DNA of 64,000 nt, from positions 111,916 through 175,915 of the forward strand of contig JAGOBM010000001.1 of the NCBI GenBank assembly GCA_017983435.1, read 5' to 3'. Source of the stretch: Candidatus Moraniibacteriota bacterium. Lineage in GTDB: Bacteria > Patescibacteriota > Minisyncoccia > Moranbacterales > UBA1568. This document shows positions 19,539 through 28,672 of the stretch, piece after piece. The position numbers and the translations under genes are program-made. Below the pieces are notes generated by a model. It did no database searches. It worked only from the letters and a program-made list of their open reading frames with translations, and was not told the DNA's origin. Position 1 is the first letter of the stretch. Each line of letters begins with the position of its first letter.

Positions 19539-20633
19539 ATGTCATTCCTCCAGAAGAAAATTTTCGATCTTTTTCCGAGCTCATTCGGTCTCGATCTCTC
19601 TGACCTTTCGATCAAGGTGCTCCGCATGGAAAGCGAAGGGAAACTGCATCGGATCAGCGGATACACCGCGGCGGCACTGCCGGTCGGGAGTGTGATCGAT
19701 GGCGAGATCCTGAAACCGGAAATCGTCATCGACGTGATGCGGAAGCTCATGGAGAACCCGACCATGAAGAAGATGCATACGCGCAAAGTCATGTGCTCGC
19801 TGCCTGAGACCAAAGCGTTCCTGCGAGTCATCTCCCTGCCGAAGATGGATGAAAAGGAAGTTCAGGGGGCTATCCAGTGGGAAATCGAGGCCAATATCCC
19901 GCTGACACTCGATCAGGTCTATTATGATTGGCAGATACTGGATGAGACGCTCTCGGTCGAAGAGGGAAAGATGAATATTCTGGTGGTCGCGGTGGCGCGC
20001 TCGGTCGTGGATCAGTTCGTGGAAGTCCTCGAGGCGGCCGGACTGGAAGTGGTCGGTCTCGAGACAGAATCGATCGCTCAGGCGCGGAGCCTCCTGGCTG
20101 AGACCGAGGAGAAAGCGACGACGCTGATCGTCGATATCGGCGACCGGCGGACGAGTTTCCTGATTTCCGTCGGGAGCACCCCGTGCTTCACTTCGAGTGT
20201 CCCGCTCTCATCGCAGATGATTACGGATTCGATAGCCAAGGACCTCCGTATCTCATTTCAGGAAGCGGAAGATATCAAGATCAAGCAAGGCCTCGGATCA
20301 ATCGCGCTCCGCGGGCCAGTGCTCAAAGCAGCCCTGCCAGTGCTCGAGAGTATCGCTGCCGAGATCGAGAAGTCGATAGATTTCTACCTCGAAAATCTGC
20401 ACTATTCCAAGAACATCGATACAATCGTACTGTGCGGCGGCGGGGCGAACATGAAGGGCCTGCTGCCGTATATGACCCGCCGACTCAATCGTGATGTCGT
20501 CTTCGGAAACCCCTGGGTCAATGTCCATCTCGGAAAACGTCTCCCGCCTATTGATCGCAATCATGCCGTGCAATACTCGACCGCTATCGGTCTAGCATTG
20601 CGCGGACTCGACGAATATGAGGATTTTGCTTAA
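19539..20633 (+). CDS. pilM: type IV pilus assembly protein PilM (actin-like ATPase)
   Basis: 364 aa; FGLDLSDLSIKVLRME N-terminus and FtsA/PilM-like fold; gtggtatgat extended -10 upstream. Confidence 0.8.
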   Translation: MSFLQKKIFDLFPSSFGLDLSDLSIKVLRMESEGKLHRISGYTAAALPVGSVIDGEILKPEIVIDVMRKLMENPTMKKMHTRKVMCSLPETKAFLRVISLPKMDEKEVQGAIQWEIEANIPLTLDQVYYDWQILDETLSVEEGKMNILVVAVARSVVDQFVEVLEAAGLEVVGLETESIAQARSLLAETEEKATTLIVDIGDRRTSFLISVGSTPCFTSSVPLSSQMITDSIAKDLRISFQEAEDIKIKQGLGSIALRGPVLKAALPVLESIAAEIEKSIDFYLENLHYSKNIDTIVLCGGGANMKGLLPYMTRRLNRDVVFGNPWVNVHLGKRLPPIDRNHAVQYSTAIGLALRGLDEYEDFA

Positions 20634-21180
20634 CATTTTGCCGGAAGAGAACAAAACTCTCACGGAGCGGAGAACCCGGTTCCGGTTTTTCGTTTGGCAG
20701 GTCTTCCTGCTGTTCGCGCTCGAGCTGTTCTATCTGGGTATTCTTTTCGGTATGTATCTCGTCTTGGATTTCGAGATGGAACATCAGGCGTCCCTCAGTC
20801 AGAATTTCGAGCAGTACGGTGCCGAAGAGAAGAAGCTCAAGGTGTTCGAAGAGAAGTTCCAATCGACGAATAAGACTGTCGATACGATATTCGCTGTCGA
20901 TCGGAACCGCTTCTATTTCACCAATATCTTTCTGATAGTGGACCGCCATACGGATGGGAAGATCACGCTGGAGCGTGTCGCGACCAAAGAATACCAGCTC
21001 TTCGTGTCCGGTGTCGCCGATACCCGTGACGATCTGTTGGCTTTCCATGAGAAGCTGAAGAATGAAAAGTGTTTTTCCAAAGCGGTCCTGCCGCTCTCGA
21101 ATCTCCTGACGCAGGAAAATGTCCATTTTCAGATCGATCTCACTCTCCAAGAAGCGTGCGTGCACGCAGCCTCGCTATGA
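20617..21180 (+). CDS. pilN: PilN-like pilus assembly protein
   Basis: MRILLNILPEE (INLLP-type motif), single TM, coiled region; overlaps pilM end. Confidence 0.6.
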   Translation: MRILLNILPEENKTLTERRTRFRFFVWQVFLLFALELFYLGILFGMYLVLDFEMEHQASLSQNFEQYGAEEKKLKVFEEKFQSTNKTVDTIFAVDRNRFYFTNIFLIVDRHTDGKITLERVATKEYQLFVSGVADTRDDLLAFHEKLKNEKCFSKAVLPLSNLLTQENVHFQIDLTLQEACVHAASL

Positions 21181-21950
21181 ACGAATACATCACAAAAAAT
21201 CTCGGGTTGATTATGCTTGTCAGCATCATCGTGACTATGGGACTCACGTACTGGTTCGGTATCCGTTCCTTGGATCGGGTCATCGGGACCAAGCAGGAAA
21301 ACATCCAGCAGTCAGTTACCATCCGCGAGAACCGGGAGCGGCAGCTCGGGAAGCTCGGGGAATATGAGAATCAGTACAATAGGATCCTTGAGGAAGAAGA
21401 GAAGCTCGGCGTGTTTACCGAGAAGGGACACATGATCGATTTTATCAAGCAGCTCGAAGCTCTGGCGAAAGAGAAAGGGGTGAAGATCGTCATCGAGGCT
21501 CGAGAAGCGCCGCCAGTAACCAAGGCGCCTGTCAAAGCAGCTGCGACCGATGCTGAGAAGACAGCGGAGACCGGGGGGGCCGAGAAGCCTGATGCGAAGA
21601 AAAAAGACCCGAGCATCATCGGCAACCTGCCGACGCAGGAGTATACCCGACTGGCACTGCGCGTATCCGGGGAGACTGGAAAAGTCATCGAGTATCTTCA
21701 TCTGGTCGAGACGCTACCGGTGGCCCTCGATGTCATCGCGCTCGATGCGGTCCGCAAGGAGCGTGAGCTCTCGTCGGTCGAAACTGTCGCTCAAGATCCT
21801 GTGCCGGTCACTGAAGCCGTGACGCATGAAGATGCCGGTCTGTTTGTCGTCGTCCCGGAACCAGTCATTGTCCCGGTGAAGGCGCCAGAACACTTCTTCG
21901 AGCTCGAGGTAGTCGCGGATACGATCGTCTACCATCATCCTAATCGCTGA
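21178..21950 (+). CDS. PilO-like pilus assembly protein (hypothetical)
   Basis: MNEYITKNLGLIMLVSIIVTMGLTYWF TM anchor then coiled-coil; position after pilN; start chosen at ATG 21178 rather than overlapping ORF-track start 21069. Confidence 0.4.
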
Positions 21951-21953
21951 TCT

Positions 21954-22301
21954 ATGGAATTGTCCTCATTCAAGTCTTTCGCGTTCAAACCGAGCTTTTC
22001 CGTCCGGAAGAGCATGATGTTCTGGTATCAGTCGTACCGGTGGTTTTTCATCTTCTTTTTCGTGGCCGTTATGGCGCTCGGCGGATGGAAATGGTATCAG
22101 AGCCTGTATCGCTATACCTGGACTGAGACACAGAAACAGGAATTTCTGAAATCGTATGCCGAGGCGACTGATTTCCGTTCGAGCCGCTTCGAAACGGTAA
22201 TCAAAGGGCTGGATGAACGGAGCCAGAAGAATGCTGTGGTGCCATCCATAGAGCATGATTTGTTCCGATTGGATGCACCGCCGGAGAAGGATAATCGTTG
22301 A
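21954..22301 (+). CDS. small membrane protein (hypothetical, pilus block)
   Basis: 115 aa, TM WFFIFFFVAVMALGGW. Confidence 0.35.
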   Translation: MELSSFKSFAFKPSFSVRKSMMFWYQSYRWFFIFFFVAVMALGGWKWYQSLYRYTWTETQKQEFLKSYAEATDFRSSRFETVIKGLDERSQKNAVVPSIEHDLFRLDAPPEKDNR

Positions 22302-23380
22302 CGAAAACGCCTAGTGTGATAGGGTGGTGGATGATGCAGATACCAGAAACGAGGCGTGAAGCCTTACAAAGACATTTCCAGGACGTGCCGGCATGGCGGC
22401 TGACTCAGATTGAGCAGGCGCTTTTTTTGCCGTCTGTCCGCTCATTCGCTGATATGACGGCCCTGCCTGCCGCCTGGCGGGAGGCTTTGGATCCGCAGGG
22501 GATCTTTGTCGCCTATCGCGAGACGCGGGTATTCGGGAGTCAGAAGCAGGATACGTTCAAGGCATTGCTCGGTCTGGCTGATGGGAAGCGTATCGAGACG
22601 GTGCTGATGCGCAATGCGCGCGGTTCTTTTACGGTCTGTGTCTCGACGCAGGTCGGTTGCGCTATGGCCTGCACGTTCTGCGCTACCGGCAAGATGGGTT
22701 TCGCTCGTAATCTCTCGAACGATGAGATCGTGGACCAGGTCAGATTCTGGCGGTATTTCCTCGCGGATCATCCCGAGCTGCCGGATCGGATCAGCAATGT
22801 CGTCTATATGGGTATGGGTGAGCCGCTGGCGAATTATGATTTTGTGAAACAATCTCTGCAGACGCTCTTGACACATACGGATATCGGGCCAACGCATATC
22901 ACGGTATCGACGGTCGGCCTGATACCGATGCTCGAGCAGCTGCTCAAGGATCCGGAATGGCCGCCGGTCCGGCTGGCGGTATCGCTCCACAGCGCGGATC
23001 CGAAGACGCGTCAGGAGATCATGCCGACTTCATACCCTGATTTTCTCGAAAAGCTCGCGGCGTGGGCACAGCGGTATTTCGAAGCCTTCGATACCAAACG
23101 GCGGCATCTGACGTTCGAATATATCATGCTGTCGGGTGTGAACGATACGCCGCGGCATGCCAATATGCTGATCGCCTTTGCCCGACGTATCGGGAAAGCG
23201 CGGATCAATCTGATTCCCTATAACTATACGAGTGATATCTTCCAGCAGAGCGTGACGGATGAGATCGACCGGTTCCAGCGAGAGCTCGAGCGGGCCGGGG
23301 TCGACGTGACCCGCCGACGGACCATGGGCGAGGATATCGCCGCCGCCTGCGGACAGCTCGCACTTCGGAACGAGCATTGA
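22298..23380 (+). CDS. rlmN: 23S rRNA (adenine2503-C2)-methyltransferase RlmN (radical SAM)
   Basis: CAMACTFCATGKMG radical-SAM CxxxCxxC motif and RlmN-like layout; TTG at 22298 or ATG at 22331 as start. Confidence 0.85.
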   Translation: MTKTPSVIGWWMMQIPETRREALQRHFQDVPAWRLTQIEQALFLPSVRSFADMTALPAAWREALDPQGIFVAYRETRVFGSQKQDTFKALLGLADGKRIETVLMRNARGSFTVCVSTQVGCAMACTFCATGKMGFARNLSNDEIVDQVRFWRYFLADHPELPDRISNVVYMGMGEPLANYDFVKQSLQTLLTHTDIGPTHITVSTVGLIPMLEQLLKDPEWPPVRLAVSLHSADPKTRQEIMPTSYPDFLEKLAAWAQRYFEAFDTKRRHLTFEYIMLSGVNDTPRHANMLIAFARRIGKARINLIPYNYTSDIFQQSVTDEIDRFQRELERAGVDVTRRRTMGEDIAAACGQLALRNEH

Positions 23381-23413
23381 AAGATGCATGTTTTTCGGGT
23401 ATACTGCCTTTCT

Positions 23414-24583
23414 ATGCCTGAAACCTATTGCATTCATACTTTCGGCTGTCAGCAGAATGAAGCCGATTCGGAACGCATCGCGAGCTTCTACGAGGCCCGC
23501 GGTTTGTCGCCAGCTGCCGATATCCGTACGGCCGATGTGATCGTGCTCAATACCTGTGTCATCCGTGAGCGGGCGGAGGAGAAGGTCTTCGGCTTGATCC
23601 GGAATATCCGGAGTGGTCTCAAGGGGAACAAGGACGCGAGGATCGTCGTGACCGGCTGCCTCATCGGCGCGGCGTCCCGGGTGCCCGGAGGCAAGATGAT
23701 GAAGAAGCTCCGTATGCGATTGCCTGATGTCGATTTTCTGCCGCTGGAGGAAGTCGGGTTCGAATACGCGCCCAAGCGGACGCACGCCAAGCTGGCCTCC
23801 ATACCGATTTCCAATGGCTGCAACAATTACTGCTCATACTGCATCGTGCCATTCTCGCGCGGCAAGGAGCGTTCGCGTTCGTTTGAAGAGATCATGTCAG
23901 AAGCCGAGGAGGCGGTGCGGCAGGGGGCGGAGGAGATCATGCTGCTCGGGCAGAATGTGAATTCTTATGGGGCTGATTTCCTCGCGGAGAAGCTTTCGGC
24001 TGATGCCGGTTTCACGCTGCCAGATGGGCGGAATGTGGCTCCGATCATGGTGAAACATCTGAACCGGCATCGTATTCCGACGTTGTTCCCATATCTGCTT
24101 GAGGCGGTAGCCGAGCTGCCCGGTGTCCGAAAAGTCTCTTTCATTTCTTCGAATCCATGGGATTTTTCCGATCAGCTGATCGACGTGATCGCTTGTCATC
24201 CGAATATCGACCGGCTGATCCATCTGCCGATACAGGCGGGGAGTGATGCGGTGCTCGAGCGCATGAACCGCTGGTATACCCAGGCCGAGTATCTCGATCT
24301 CATCGCCCGGATCCGGGAGCGTGTGCCGGAAGTGAAATTCACAACCGATATCATCGTCGGATTTCCTGGCGAAACAGAGGAGGATTTCGAAGCGACCAAA
24401 GCGGTGGCGCGAGCGGTAGGCTTCGAGAAAGCCTATATCGCTTGGTATTCGCCCCGGCCCGGGACACGCGGGCTAAAAGAGCTGCCGGATGATGTGCCGT
24501 TTCTTGAGAAGAAGCGACGGCATCGGGAGCTCGATGAGTTGGTCCTGACGCTCTCCGGCAACGAATGGGCGATCAAGCATTGA
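23414..24583 (+). CDS. miaB: MiaB-family radical-SAM methylthiotransferase
   Basis: N-terminal MTTase domain CIHTFGCQQNEADSE and radical-SAM CNNYCSYC; cgggtatact extended -10 upstream. Confidence 0.8.
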   Translation: MPETYCIHTFGCQQNEADSERIASFYEARGLSPAADIRTADVIVLNTCVIRERAEEKVFGLIRNIRSGLKGNKDARIVVTGCLIGAASRVPGGKMMKKLRMRLPDVDFLPLEEVGFEYAPKRTHAKLASIPISNGCNNYCSYCIVPFSRGKERSRSFEEIMSEAEEAVRQGAEEIMLLGQNVNSYGADFLAEKLSADAGFTLPDGRNVAPIMVKHLNRHRIPTLFPYLLEAVAELPGVRKVSFISSNPWDFSDQLIDVIACHPNIDRLIHLPIQAGSDAVLERMNRWYTQAEYLDLIARIRERVPEVKFTTDIIVGFPGETEEDFEATKAVARAVGFEKAYIAWYSPRPGTRGLKELPDDVPFLEKKRRHRELDELVLTLSGNEWAIKH

Positions 24584-24654
24584 ACGGGAATATTGAATGT
24601 TGAATAGAGAATAGAGGTTTTAGACCTGACTGGCTGCGAACAATATTTTTCCTA

Positions 24655-24752
24655 GACGTCTCTCGGGGGACGGAAGTAAATTTTTTCCTCACTATCGGCT
24701 TAAAGCGCCTCGGGCATCAGAAAAAATCTCTTTCGCACCCCCGAGAGACAGA
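24655..24752 (-). repeat. F1 hairpin repeat element copy 6 (hybrid core, reverse orientation)
   Basis: gacgtctctcgggggacggaag-taaattttttcc-[tcactatcggcttaaagcgcctcgggcatcag]-aaaaaatctctttcgcacccccgagagac. Confidence 0.8.
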
Positions 24753-24852
24753 CTAAAAACTTCGGCATCATTCTTAAAAAGTGGACTCTCTTCTTATATG
24801 GATATCAGCGGGGGCGTACTGAATATTTTCTTCGTGTAAGGTGAAGGGGGTA

Positions 24853-24930
24853 GCTGGGGTGGAAAGAAGGTTTTCCTTGCCCCAGGGCTTCTGGGACGAT
24901 AGCGAGGGAAAGTCTTCTTTTCACCCCAGC
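24853..24930 (+). repeat. F1 hairpin repeat element copy 7
   Basis: gctggggtggaaagaag-gttttcc-[ttgccccagggcttctgggacgatagcgagg]-gaaag-tcttcttttcaccccagc. Confidence 0.8.
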
Positions 24931-24980
24931 AGAAAATAACATCCTGAGTGATGGGTATTTCGTGTTAGTATGGAGGCATT

Positions 24981-25778
24981 ATGATGAAATCTATGAAAAA
25001 AGCATCTCCGATCTCTATCGTGTCCTGGAACGTGAACGGTATCCGGGCAGCCGAACGGAAAGGGTTCCTCGAATGGTTGGAGCAGCATCGGTATTCGATT
25101 GTCTGTCTCCAGGAAACGAAGATCTCGCATCCGGATCAGCTGTCAGATGCTCTGGTTCAGCCGTCGGGATATTTCACTTATTTCCATTGTGCGACCGAGA
25201 AGAAAGGCTATAGCGGCACGGCGATCTATACGCGCGAAGAGCCGTTCGAGGTGAAGACGTTTTTTGGGGACAATCTGCTTTCGAAAGAGGGCCGTATGAT
25301 GGAGCTCCATTTCAAAGATTTCGTGCTGCTCAATATCTACTTTCCCAATGGCGGGTCGGGGGAAGAGCGGCTCCGTTACAAAATGCGTTTTTATGATGAA
25401 TTTCTCAAGCATATTTCCGGGCTGGTCGAGCAGGGGAAGCACGTCGTGTTTTGTGGCGACGTGAATACCGCGCACCAGGCCATCGACTTGGCTCGCCCGA
25501 AGGAAAACGAAAAGATTTCCGGCTTCCTGCCGATAGAGCGGTCCTGGATGGATCAACTGGTCGAGGCAGGATTCGTCGATACTTTCCGATCGGCAGAACC
25601 GGAGACGGTGAAGTATTCGTGGTGGGATATGAAGACGCGGGCGCGTGAGCGCAATGTCGGTTGGCGCATCGATTATTTCTTCGTGAATCAGGCTTTTTTG
25701 CCGCGGGTGAAAGAGACGGAGTATCTGAATGACGTGCTGGGATCGGACCATTGTCCGGTGCTGCTCACAATCGGATAA
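24981..25778 (+). CDS. xth: exodeoxyribonuclease III (AP endonuclease)
   Basis: IVSWNVNGIRA...VCLQETK EEP-family signature; 265 aa; ggagg SD. Confidence 0.85.
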   Translation: MMKSMKKASPISIVSWNVNGIRAAERKGFLEWLEQHRYSIVCLQETKISHPDQLSDALVQPSGYFTYFHCATEKKGYSGTAIYTREEPFEVKTFFGDNLLSKEGRMMELHFKDFVLLNIYFPNGGSGEERLRYKMRFYDEFLKHISGLVEQGKHVVFCGDVNTAHQAIDLARPKENEKISGFLPIERSWMDQLVEAGFVDTFRSAEPETVKYSWWDMKTRARERNVGWRIDYFFVNQAFLPRVKETEYLNDVLGSDHCPVLLTIG

Positions 25779-25787
25779 CAATCCATT

Positions 25788-27029
25788 ATGCAGAAACAGA
25801 AGAACCTATCCGGAACAGCATCGACGGTCCCATTGGCGGAGCGCATGCGCCCTCAGTCAGCCGATACCTATCTCGGCCAGGAAAAGATTTTTGGCGAGGG
25901 GTCATTCTTGCGCGAGGCGGTACGGAACGGCGCGATTCCTTCGCTCTTGTTCTGGGGGCCTCCGGGGAGCGGCAAGACGACGCTGGCTCGTATCCTCTCG
26001 CGCGAGCTGTTGGCGGAATTCATCCAGCTGTCGGCGGTCGAGAGCGGCAAGAAAGATCTGACCGCCGTACTCGATCGCGCAAAAGCGAATCGGGAGCAGG
26101 GGAAGCGGACGATACTCTTTCTTGATGAGATCCATCGTTGGAACAAGGCACAGCAGGATGCGCTCCTGCCGTTTGTCGAGTCAGGGGTCTTGACCTTGAT
26201 CGGCGCGACGACGGAGAATCCGAGTTTTTCAGTCAACGCAGCGCTCTTGTCTCGGACCAGGGTGCTGGTGCTGTCCGCGCTTCCGCCACAGGCGATAGAA
26301 GCGTTGCTTGAGCGGGCGATCCATGAGGATGAGTTGCTCATTGCAGCCGGTATCGATGTTGAGACGGGGGTGACAGGATTCTTGGCGGAAGCGGCGGGCG
26401 GCGATGCCCGGCAGGCACTCTCAGCTCTCGAGGCCTGTGCACTGCGGACACCGCATATCACGCTTGTGCTGGCAGAGGAAGTCATGCAGCGTTCACACCT
26501 GCTCTATGACAAAGATGGCGAGTGGCACTACGATGTCATTTCCGCGCTGCACAAATCGATGCGGGGCGGCGATGCGGACGGAGCGCTCTATTGGCTGGGC
26601 CGGATGCTCGAGGCAGGGGAGGACCCTCTCTTTGTCGCGCGCCGCCTGATCCGCTTCGCATCGGAAGATGTCGGATTGGCCAATTCATTCGCACTGCCGC
26701 AGGCCGTAGCGGCTTACGAGGCCTGTCAGCGTATCGGGATGCCGGAATGCGAGCTCAATCTGGCACAGGCAGTCGTCTATCTGGCGAAGTCGAAGAAATC
26801 CAATGCTCTCTATGTGGCGTATGGCCGGGTGAAGGAAGATATCCGGAAATTCCCCAATGAACCCGTGCCGCTTCACCTTCGTAACGCACCGACGAAACTC
26901 ATGCAGGGACTCGGGTACGGAACGGATTACAAATATACGCCGGACTATGCGACTCCGGAGGCCGCATGTCAGACCTACCTGCCGGAACGGCTGAAAGACC
27001 GGAAATACCTGGAATTCAAGGGGGATTGA
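25788..27029 (+). CDS. rarA: replication-associated recombination protein A (AAA+ ATPase RarA/MgsA)
   Basis: LLFWGPPGSGKTTLARIL Walker A, LFLDEIHRWNKAQQDALLPFVE Walker B/sensor, MgsA C-terminal domain. Confidence 0.85.
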   Translation: MQKQKNLSGTASTVPLAERMRPQSADTYLGQEKIFGEGSFLREAVRNGAIPSLLFWGPPGSGKTTLARILSRELLAEFIQLSAVESGKKDLTAVLDRAKANREQGKRTILFLDEIHRWNKAQQDALLPFVESGVLTLIGATTENPSFSVNAALLSRTRVLVLSALPPQAIEALLERAIHEDELLIAAGIDVETGVTGFLAEAAGGDARQALSALEACALRTPHITLVLAEEVMQRSHLLYDKDGEWHYDVISALHKSMRGGDADGALYWLGRMLEAGEDPLFVARRLIRFASEDVGLANSFALPQAVAAYEACQRIGMPECELNLAQAVVYLAKSKKSNALYVAYGRVKEDIRKFPNEPVPLHLRNAPTKLMQGLGYGTDYKYTPDYATPEAACQTYLPERLKDRKYLEFKGD

Positions 27030-27161
27030 CGGAAGTATGAAAATACGGTATACTCGTTCGGTGGTGTCATAGGCATCCACGCGGGGCGACCTCACAGCAG
27101 AAGAATCTGAAAGGCCGCTTTTTATTTTCAAAGCTTTTTAACAATCGTAAAGGAGAAAGTC

Positions 27162-27293
27162 TTGATCATCCACGCACGATCCGCTGGCATCCAAGAGGGC
27201 ATGAGCCCCATGCAAGAGCGTATTCTTGTTGTCATTGCTCAATCGGCGCGATATCTCGGTATCTCGCGGGCGAACATCAGCCTGCCGTCCTAA
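27162..27293 (+). CDS. small ORF 1 of 3 (44 aa from TTG; possible HTH-like remnant)
   Basis: aggag SD 6 nt before TTG; LIIHARSAGIQEGMSPMQERILVVIAQSARYLGISRANISLPS*. Confidence 0.2.
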   Translation: MIIHARSAGIQEGMSPMQERILVVIAQSARYLGISRANISLPS

Positions 27294-27305
27294 AGGAGGA
27301 AGACC

Positions 27306-27464
27306 ATGGTCACTTTCGCAGACCTGGAGCATTTCAGCAGTATGTACGATGATGAACCGCCCGAACTGCCGGTGCAATTGCACAATCCGCTGTTCTGGAA
27401 TTATCTCTTCTGCCGTATCGTCGGCGCCGCCTGTCAGGCTGCGCTGTCGCATGCGGAGGAATAG
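27306..27464 (+). CDS. small ORF 2 of 3 (52 aa)
   Basis: Strong SD aaaggaggaagacc-ATG; MVTFADLEHFSSMYDDEPPELPVQLHNPLFWNYLFCRIVGAACQAALSHAEE*; GC3 ~69%. Confidence 0.3.
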   Translation: MVTFADLEHFSSMYDDEPPELPVQLHNPLFWNYLFCRIVGAACQAALSHAEE

Positions 27465-27465
27465 C

Positions 27466-27687
27466 ATGCCTGAACAGTTTCTGATACATGGCCTCCAGGC
27501 GACGCGACGGGGAAATTCTGGTTTCGCGATGGCACATGGATCGCTCCTGGCAGCCCGGATCCAATTCGGACGCCTTCAGCATGAACTCTCGACCCAACAG
27601 AAAAAGAATATCTTGAAAAAGATAGTCCGACTCCAGGGACGAGTGGTCGCAATGCGACACGCAGCCGCTGTCTCATTGACAGCCTAA
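27466..27687 (+). CDS. small ORF 3 of 3 (73 aa)
   Basis: ggagg SD; ATG overlaps ORF2 stop (TAGCATG); MPEQFLIHGLQATRRGNSGF...; followed directly by a strong terminator. Confidence 0.3.
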   Translation: MPEQFLIHGLQATRRGNSGFAMAHGSLLAARIQFGRLQHELSTQQKKNILKKIVRLQGRVVAMRHAAAVSLTA

Positions 27688-27691
27688 AAAT

Positions 27692-27730
27692 GCCCGGTAC
27701 AAAGATTCTTTGTACCGGGCTTTTCTTTTT
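27692..27730 (+). terminator. intrinsic terminator
   Basis: gcccggtacaaag-attc-tttgtaccgggc followed by ttttcttttt. Confidence 0.75.
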
Positions 27731-27773
27731 CGTGTATACTAGGGGCGGATTCATTATCTTTCACCAAAACCCT

Positions 27774-28259
27774 ATGCTGCCCGCTCTCAAAAGAATCGCT
27801 CCGGATTTTTCATTACCCGATCAGTCGGGTGTGGTGCATACGCTCTCCTCGTATCGGGGCCGTCCGGTCGTGCTGTATTTCTATCCGAAGGATGATACGC
27901 CCGGGTGTACGCTGGAGGCCTGTAGTTTCCGTGATGCCTATGCGCGTTTCAAACGGGCGGGTATCGTCGTGCTCGGCGTTTCGGCAGATCCAGTCAGGAA
28001 GCATGCGAGATTCGCAGAGAAGTATGCGCTGCCGTTCACACTCTTGGCGGATGAAGAGAAATCCGTCGTCGAGCGGTATGGTGTCTGGGCGAAAAAGAAA
28101 TTCATGGGCCGCGAATATATGGGCATACTCCGGACGACTTTTCTGATCGATCCGAAAGGGAAGATCGCCAAGATATATGAGAATGTAAAACCGGAGGCGC
28201 ACGCGGATGCCGTATTGGCGGATGTGAAGGCCCTGCTCGCGCTGCAAAAAAATACGTAA
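27774..28259 (+). CDS. bcp: peroxiredoxin Bcp (thiol peroxidase, AhpC/TSA family)
   Basis: VVLYFYPKDDTPGCTLEACSFRD (peroxidatic Cys in TPGC); cgtgtatact -10 upstream. Confidence 0.8.
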   Translation: MLPALKRIAPDFSLPDQSGVVHTLSSYRGRPVVLYFYPKDDTPGCTLEACSFRDAYARFKRAGIVVLGVSADPVRKHARFAEKYALPFTLLADEEKSVVERYGVWAKKKFMGREYMGILRTTFLIDPKGKIAKIYENVKPEAHADAVLADVKALLALQKNT

Positions 28260-28289
28260 AGCGAAATATATCGATGGTTTTTTTATCCT

Positions 28290-28515
28290 CCCTAAAAGCC
28301 CTTTCGTACCGCACTTCCGATCGACCGTTTTCCGGTATCACGCCGACAAAATTTCCTGTGCCACTACGTACACTCGGGAGTCAGGAAATTTTCTTGCGGC
28401 GCTTATACCGGAAACGGTTCCCGATCTGGAAGCGACATGGTCCGAAAAAGCTTTCAGTGGAGGATTTCTTGTAATTCATACTTTTTGAAGTGCGGTTCGA
28501 AAGGGTTTTCCGATA
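28290..28515. repeat. F2 large palindromic repeat element copy a (~225 bp)
   Basis: ccctttcgtaccgcacttc...ccgaccgttttccggtatcacgccgacaaaatttcctgtgcc-[actacgtacactcgggagtca]-ggaaattttcttgcggcgcttataccggaaacgg...gaagtgcggttcgaaaggg; right arm carries a ~55-bp insertion. Confidence 0.75.
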
Positions 28516-28535
28516 GGTTTTTAATATAATCTTTA

Positions 28536-28563
28536 AAATGGCATTATAAAGCCATTTTTTTGT
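28536..28563 (+). terminator. intrinsic terminator
   Basis: aaaatggc-attataaa-gccatttt then tttttg. Confidence 0.6.
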
Positions 28564-28585
28564 TGTTTCGCATGGAAATACCCTG

Positions 28586-28655
28586 TGGTGTTGACCGGGT
28601 ATGTGCTTGTGGAGTAAAATGGGGACACCCTTCATGAAAGTGGTGAAAAGTGGTG
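28586..28655 (+). promoter_or_regulatory. dcw-operon promoter (TTGACC-18-TAAAAT) with four GTGG(T/A)G repeats, candidate MraZ operator
   Basis: TTGACC 28592-28597, TAAAAT 28616-28621; GTGGTG/GTGGAG at 28586, 28610, 28640, 28650 (last two exactly 10 bp apart); MraZ proteins bind spaced GTGG-type direct repeats in their own promoter. Confidence 0.45.
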
Positions 28656-28672
28656 AAAATAAAATCCTGGCT

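Noticed and set aside
27226-27687. Single 153-aa ORF spanning the small-ORF region
   Set aside because: Its first 80 aa are Arg/Ser/Cys-rich wrong-frame-like; the region is better explained by three SD-preceded short ORFs, still of low confidence.
28480-28500. tRNA-like GGTTCGAA T-loop motif
   Set aside because: Lies inside the F2 palindrome arm (gtgcggttcgaaaggg) with no acceptor, D or anticodon arms; a second hit at ~33455 is inside murF. No tRNA genes detected in the window.
28634-28672. Upstream ATG (MKVVKSGENKILA...) as mraZ start
   Set aside because: MraZ orthologs start MF(x)GEY; the GTGGTG repeats lie in this segment and are better explained as operator or 5' UTR.
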